Source: Octopus bimaculoides
Lineage: Eukaryota
NCBI RefSeq assembly: GCF_001194135.2
Contig: NC_068984.1
Location: 27,520,141-27,562,197 of the forward strand
DNA length: 42,057 bases
Direction: 5' to 3'
Below the pieces are notes generated by a model. The model saw nothing but the letters and a program-made list of their open reading frames with translations, searched no databases and was not told the DNA's origin. Positions 37,209 through 42,057 of this stretch are shown here, piece after piece. Every line of letters begins with the position of its first letter. The stretch's first letter is position 1. Made by a program: the position numbers and the translations under genes.

Positions 37209-38007
37209 AAAAACACATAATGAAAAGAAATATAACAAGTAACTGTAGAATATGTGGAGATCGACAAGAAACAATAAATCATATTATCTCTGGCTGCCCA
37301 GTCCTGGCTAAGAAGGAATATATTCACAGACACGACAGAGCTGGGACCTATATACACTGGAAGCTATGCCAACATTATGGAATAGCANNNNNNNNNNNNN
37401 NNNNNNNNNNNNNNNNNNNNNNNNNNNNNNNNNNNNNNNNNNNNNNNNNNNNNNNNNNNNNNNNNNNNNNNNNNNNNNNNNNNNNNNNNNNNNNNNNNNN
37501 NNNNNNNNNNNNNNNNNNNNNNNNNNNNNNNNNNNNNNNNNNNNNNNNNNNNNNNNNNNNNNNNNNNNNNNNNNNNNNNNNNNNNNNNNNNNNNNNNNNN
37601 NNNNNNNNNNNNNNNNNNNNNNNNNNNNNNNNNNNNNNNNNNNNNNNNNNNNNNNNNNNNNNNNNNNNNNNNTTCTCTAAAAGAAATGGAAAAACTTTCA
37701 AAATACAAAGACCTGGAAATAGAGATAACTCGAATGTGGAATCTAAAAACAGAAACAATTCCTATCATAGTAGGTGCCTTAGGTATAATAAAAAAATATT
37801 CAGACAAATACATAACAAAAACACCAGGACTTATAAATATATATAACATACAGAAAATTGCACTACTGGGTACTGCACACATTCTACGCAAAACACTTTC
37901 AATACAGTAAACATAAGAGCACCACAGCAAACCACAGCACATACCCAAGGCGCACAGAGCTGCGCTCGGTAGTGAAGTGAAAGCACGTTATAAAAATAAA
38001 ACTACTG
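37207..38007 (+). mobile_element. R4/Dong-type non-LTR retrotransposon, 5'-truncated (CCHC zinc knuckle + restriction-like endonuclease)
   Basis: QKHIMKRNITSNCRICGDRQETINHIISGCPVLAKKEYIHRHD (CxxC..H...C, RHD), a gap, then KEMEKLSKYKDLEIEITRMW...IPIIVGALG...QKIALLGTAHILRKTLSIQ* (stop 37908-37910). A 3' UTR follows. It is flanked on both sides by (AAT)n. Confidence 0.92.
37388..37672. other. Assembly gap (285 N) inside the LINE endonuclease region
   Basis: Run of N. Confidence 1.
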
Positions 38008-38025
38008 AATAATAATAATAATAAT

Positions 38026-38240
38026 AACAAGAGCACTCAGAGAGCGCAACGCTCCGCCTAGGCAACATTAACGTCCTCTCAACGATTAGCTAGAGATGAT
38101 TTTTTAAATGAAAATATCTGAAATAAACTCAACTGCTCTCACAAACAAGAATACTAAAAAAAAAAACCCAACTGCTCTCAAAAATTAAGTAATTAACCAG
38201 AAAAATAATCCAGAATCCTTGTTCGGTACCTGATCGATCC
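38026..38240 (-). mobile_element. Second HINE/DINE-1-like copy, 3'-terminal part
   Basis: AACAAGAGCACTCAGAGAGCGCAA...ACGTCCTCTCAACGATTAGC.AGAGATGAT...AATAATCCAGAATCCTTGT, highly similar to 11117-11350. Confidence 0.85.
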
Positions 38241-38254
38241 TAATGGTAGTGATG

Positions 38255-38510
38255 GAATGTGAAGGTGGGAGTGCGGGCCGTGCTTGTAATGCTGTGTGTG
38301 TGTCGTCTGCAGTGAGAACAGGGAGAGTTTTCTCTACGAAAGCCTTTTTTAGGCTATCCACTGATATAGTGTCTTTACAAGCATTAAGGTCTGTAGTGGA
38401 AAATTTATCCGAGCGTGGAAGAAAATGGAAAGGACCTGCTTAAGGTGCATAAGGTGCTGCTAACGGAGGTTTAACAACATCGTTGCGCACAAAAAAAAAA
38501 AATGAGCCGA
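38255..38510 (-). pseudogene. Ty3/Gypsy pol integrase C-terminal remnant (GPY/F-type region)
   Basis: The minus strand reads FVRNDVVKPPLAAPY-AP*-AGPFHFLPRSDKFSTTDLNACKDTISVDSLKKAFVE, matching the pattern FVRxDxVxxPLxxPYxGPF.V..R..K....D.NG..DTVSxDRLKPA. The stop arises from a 9-nt duplication (GCACCTTAT GCACCTTAA). Confidence 0.75.
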
Positions 38511-38890
38511 AGAAGTAAAGCTTCTTTCAAGGCAGAGCTAGAAATGCAATTGTCAAGTAGGTAGGCGGTTTTAAACAGGAGCGATATATTCAAAATTGGT
38601 GAAACTAAAGATTGTCGAGAATAAATCAAATTTATTATTGTTACTGAATATGTTAGTGTTATTTAATTTCTGAACGGTTTTGCTGCTGTTTGTTTATGTA
38701 GTTTGATTTCTTTATCCATCAGTTTCTACTAAGATAGAGACACGAGTAAAATTAATAACAGAAACGAAAATAAAACTTTGGAAACAGCAACGCCATCATA
38801 ACTTACGGGAAACCATGAGCGTGCTTTCAAGAGAGAAAAACTTGAAAGTCAACGTAAGATAGTAATACTTCATGTAAAGTAAATATAACG

Positions 38891-38990
38891 AATAATCAAG
38901 AATCCTTATCCAGTACCGGATCAATCCCAAAATCTAATCCGTTCGTGACAGTCACCAGGCAAAAACATCATGAAAGTTACTTCGAGCACT
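38891..38990 (-). mobile_element. Further HINE-like segment
   Basis: AATAATCAAGAATCCTTATCCAGTACCGGATCAATCCCAAAATCTAATC.GTTCGTG aligns to 11317-11410. Confidence 0.65.
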
Positions 38991-40996
38991 GGATCAATGC
39001 CGTGTAGTTTTGCAGTATTCGACATCTTGTGCTTTGACAATTGGTTGCGATAGTTATGGTTGTATTTGCTCTTGAGAAATTCTGTGGCGTGCTACTCACT
39101 GCTGCTCAGAATCTTATTCTAAATCTATTTACTCATTTCTCTTGAGAAAGCGGCTGTGCTGTCTAATGCTGTTCTGCATTTTGAGCCACAATACAATTTC
39201 ACTTCTCCGAAAAAAAATTATTCCACACTTCTTTTTGTGGTTCGGTATTGTGGCCCAAAATGCTCTGCTCTCTCAAGAGGAAAATATTCATGAGAAATTT
39301 GTTTCCGTGCTTGTTTATGTTGCGCAGCATTTTGTATCAAAATGCTTTCTTGTTGCTCTTGAGAAAGACGTTTTGTGTTTGTCATCGTCGAGTTGCATTT
39401 GCTAGTCTTTATTTTTCTTCATTTTTTCTCTCTGTTTCATTTATTTTCCGTCTCTTTGTTTGTTGCTGTATTATTGCTGCTTCTCAATGATACGCACAAC
39501 AAAGAAAATATTTTGGTATTATACATATGCCAAAATTTACTTTTGTTATTTTATTTTGTGATTCTTATATCGCTGAATAAAAAGTGTTTGAACAAAATGC
39601 AATTGCAATAGAGAGAAATAGAAAGATTATAAAGTAAACAACTTGATTTGCATTTTCTGATCGCATTTATGCAGTTCTTTTCTTTTATTATATAGTTAGT
39701 AAATTGGTGTTTATAAATATAAAATTATTCTCCACGTATTTAATTTAACAAGCTAAATATTGATTATTTCATTATTACATTATTCTAAAATCTAAAGTAA
39801 TTTTAACTTTAATTAATAGATAATAAATTAATACACAATAAAGAAATGTTTTGGTATCATACATCATACAATACTTTTCCTTTGATTTTATTTGAATTCT
39901 TGATATTCTTAAATGCATATTCAATGTAAAGAAAGCATAATAGTTGCACTTTCTATTGAAAAAGGTTCTCTTTTCATCATTACGGTGTATCTCTGATTTG
40001 AAGGAAACTTAGCTACTATTTCTAACAGACTGAGCAACCACATAAAACCTTCATTCTTGTGAATGTATGTGTGCATGTTAGTAACGTTTATGGCAGATGA
40101 TCTTAGTCGAAAGATCCTTATATATAAACAAAGTGGTAAATGATATATTCCCATAAATTATTTTCATTTACGATAAGCAATGTTTCCATGGCCTATTTTC
40201 TTTATTTCACAATCGTTGTATATCAATAAATATATAAGCTGAAAATAATATTTACCTCACAAACTGTTAAGCAGACGGTTTTACTGCCTGAATATATTTG
40301 CAAATAGCTTAGCTACCTCAAAAATAAGTATTTTCAAGTGGTAGAAGGATTCGAAATACATTTACAGTAGAATCAACTTTTCTATTCGCTTAAGATCTTC
40401 GGCAATTTGACGCAATTTTCATTACCTCTCTCTTTCTTCTCCAAGTCTCCTCTCTCTTTTTCATATCTTTCCCTTCTTCGTACAGTTTATCGTTGCATTT
40501 CATAATGAAATATTCATGGATATTTATTTCGCTGCAAAAAGATCTTTGACCAAAAATAAAACACAAATTTTATTATTCTGTTCCTTTCCGTACGTATTCA
40601 AGGTATCAGATATTGGTGATATGGACACTGCCATATTAAAAAATATCTCCTGATTAAAAGATTAAAAAAATTAATTAGTTGAAAATTATCTTGATTTGTG
40701 CGTGTGACGGATATGCAGAAAACTATGGCTCTGTTTATCTATCTATGTCTATATATACGTACACATATATACGAACACACGTATATATAGAAACACAACT
40801 GTACATATATGTATGTGCGTGGGCAAGGTCCGTGTCTGCGTGTGAGCGTGAGTGTGCAGGTATGTGTACGTATGTGCATGTGTCTTTTCTTGACTAACTA
40901 ATCCTTAACCACAAAACGCTTCATTAAAGTATTAACAATTCTAATGCATATGAAATTCTTAGTATGCTGTTTTGCCTCCACATGTTTTTTTCTTAA

Positions 40997-41218
40997 CTCT
41001 TTAGCTTCCAGATTAGCCTGACCAGTGTAATGCTTATTTATTCATATTGCTTTGAATTAAACATGCGTCCCCTCATATCTTGAAGATTTCGACGATGTGA
41101 TTGTTTATTTTTACAATGACATTATAGGGTAAGTGTAAGAGGCTGAATCCGGATGGTTTGAACATAAAAAGGAGAATATTTGGACCTGATATGACCAGCT
41201 TAAAAAAAAACTAAAGCG
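40997..41218. mobile_element. TTAA-flanked MITE (piggyBac-type target site)
   Basis: TTAA|CTCTTTAG (40993-41004) ... CTAAAGCG|TTAA (41211-41222): 7/8 terminal inverted match and a TTAA duplication. Length 222 bp, no ORF. Confidence 0.75.
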
Positions 41219-41709
41219 TTAATACTAGTAAAAAATCTCGAATTTCTGTTAAATTTTCTATACATTTCTAGTCTATTTTGCTTTGCATTTTACTATTTAC
41301 TTAAATATGGGTCAGCTCTTCTATCTTACTTTCTTCATTCGAGTTTGTTCAAGGTATTCTTTAGGAGAAACAGAACCCGCAAAACTATGACTTTCTTCTT
41401 TTTCTATAAATGGAAAATGAATTTATCTTCAAATTATTGAACGTTTTATTTCTTCATTCTTACGTTATTTTTTTTCTGTATTTGTATTTATATTGCATTT
41501 TATTACATCGGTTTACACAGGTATATATCAGTATCTATCTACATATATGCATATGGATGCGTGTGTGTTTGTGTGCATTAGCACCACTCACTTCCTTTTC
41601 TTATGATTTCAATATTTATCTCTTCTTATCTTACAATTTCTCGTGTTTTTCTTTTCTTCATTCATTATTCAAAACCTGTTTTCTTAATCTTCATCTATAC
41701 ATCAAGTTA

Positions 41710-42057
41710 TCTATATATATAAAAATGAGAATGTGTATCTGTCTATCTGTCTGTCTGTTTGTCTGTCTGTGTGTGTGTGTGTGAATCCCTAAAACTCGAG
41801 GACTACGCAACCAATTTCATTCAAATTTTACACATGCCTTACTTAGGGTTCCAGTTGTGTTTTAGTCAAAAAATTTTTTTAACTTCTTGCAGAGTTCGAG
41901 CCCATGGCAACATAATATCTCCTCGACTATTTAAGTATTACGTGTCAAAAGTGAAACAAAAACACTCATGTCAAATACTTTCACTTTAAAAATGAAACTA
42001 TTCCTCTAACTGAAACAATCACATTTCGATACTGTAATGACAGATACTTTCAGAGAG
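41710..42057 (+). mobile_element. Non-autonomous Helitron, 5' part (runs off window)
   Basis: A|TCTATATATATAAAAATGAGAATGTG, then a (TCTG)/(GT) tract. It shares a 22-bp identical motif with the element at 17552. Confidence 0.75.

Noticed and set aside
38243-38443. 66-aa + strand ORF as a gene
   Set aside because: It is the antisense of the Gypsy integrase remnant.

Overview
This is AT-rich, microsatellite-dense eukaryotic non-coding DNA (intronic or intergenic) with three assembly gaps (14300-14827, 31716-31933, 37388-37672). The repeat families look like those of octopus (cephalopod) genomes; that assignment is recognition from memory, not a database result. I cannot identify any intact protein-coding gene, RNA gene or CRISPR array. 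Almost all long ORFs in the supplied track come from microsatellites, N-gaps or the antisense strand of decayed transposons. The window is a layered collection of decayed mobile elements: tRNA-headed and Nin/Deu-domain-like SINEs; RTE, Tx1-like and R4/Dong-type LINE fragments; an IR/DR-type Tc1 with a broken transposase; a hAT (Charlie/Buster-like) transposase remnant; a Gypsy integrase C-terminus; Helitron and Helentron-associated (DINE-1/HINE-like) non-autonomous elements; Penelope-like termini with hammerhead-like cores; and a TTAA-flanked MITE. The most interesting unexplained signals are a 123-bp near-perfect foldback (26398-26520), two hammerhead-like motifs (about 4559-4586 and 23261-23312), a multi-layer nested insertion built around a TAA microsatellite (36.9-39.0 kb), a possible decayed LRR gene (about 7.2-7.6 kb) and a few unverified exon candidates. 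I found no convincing evidence of a new biological system.
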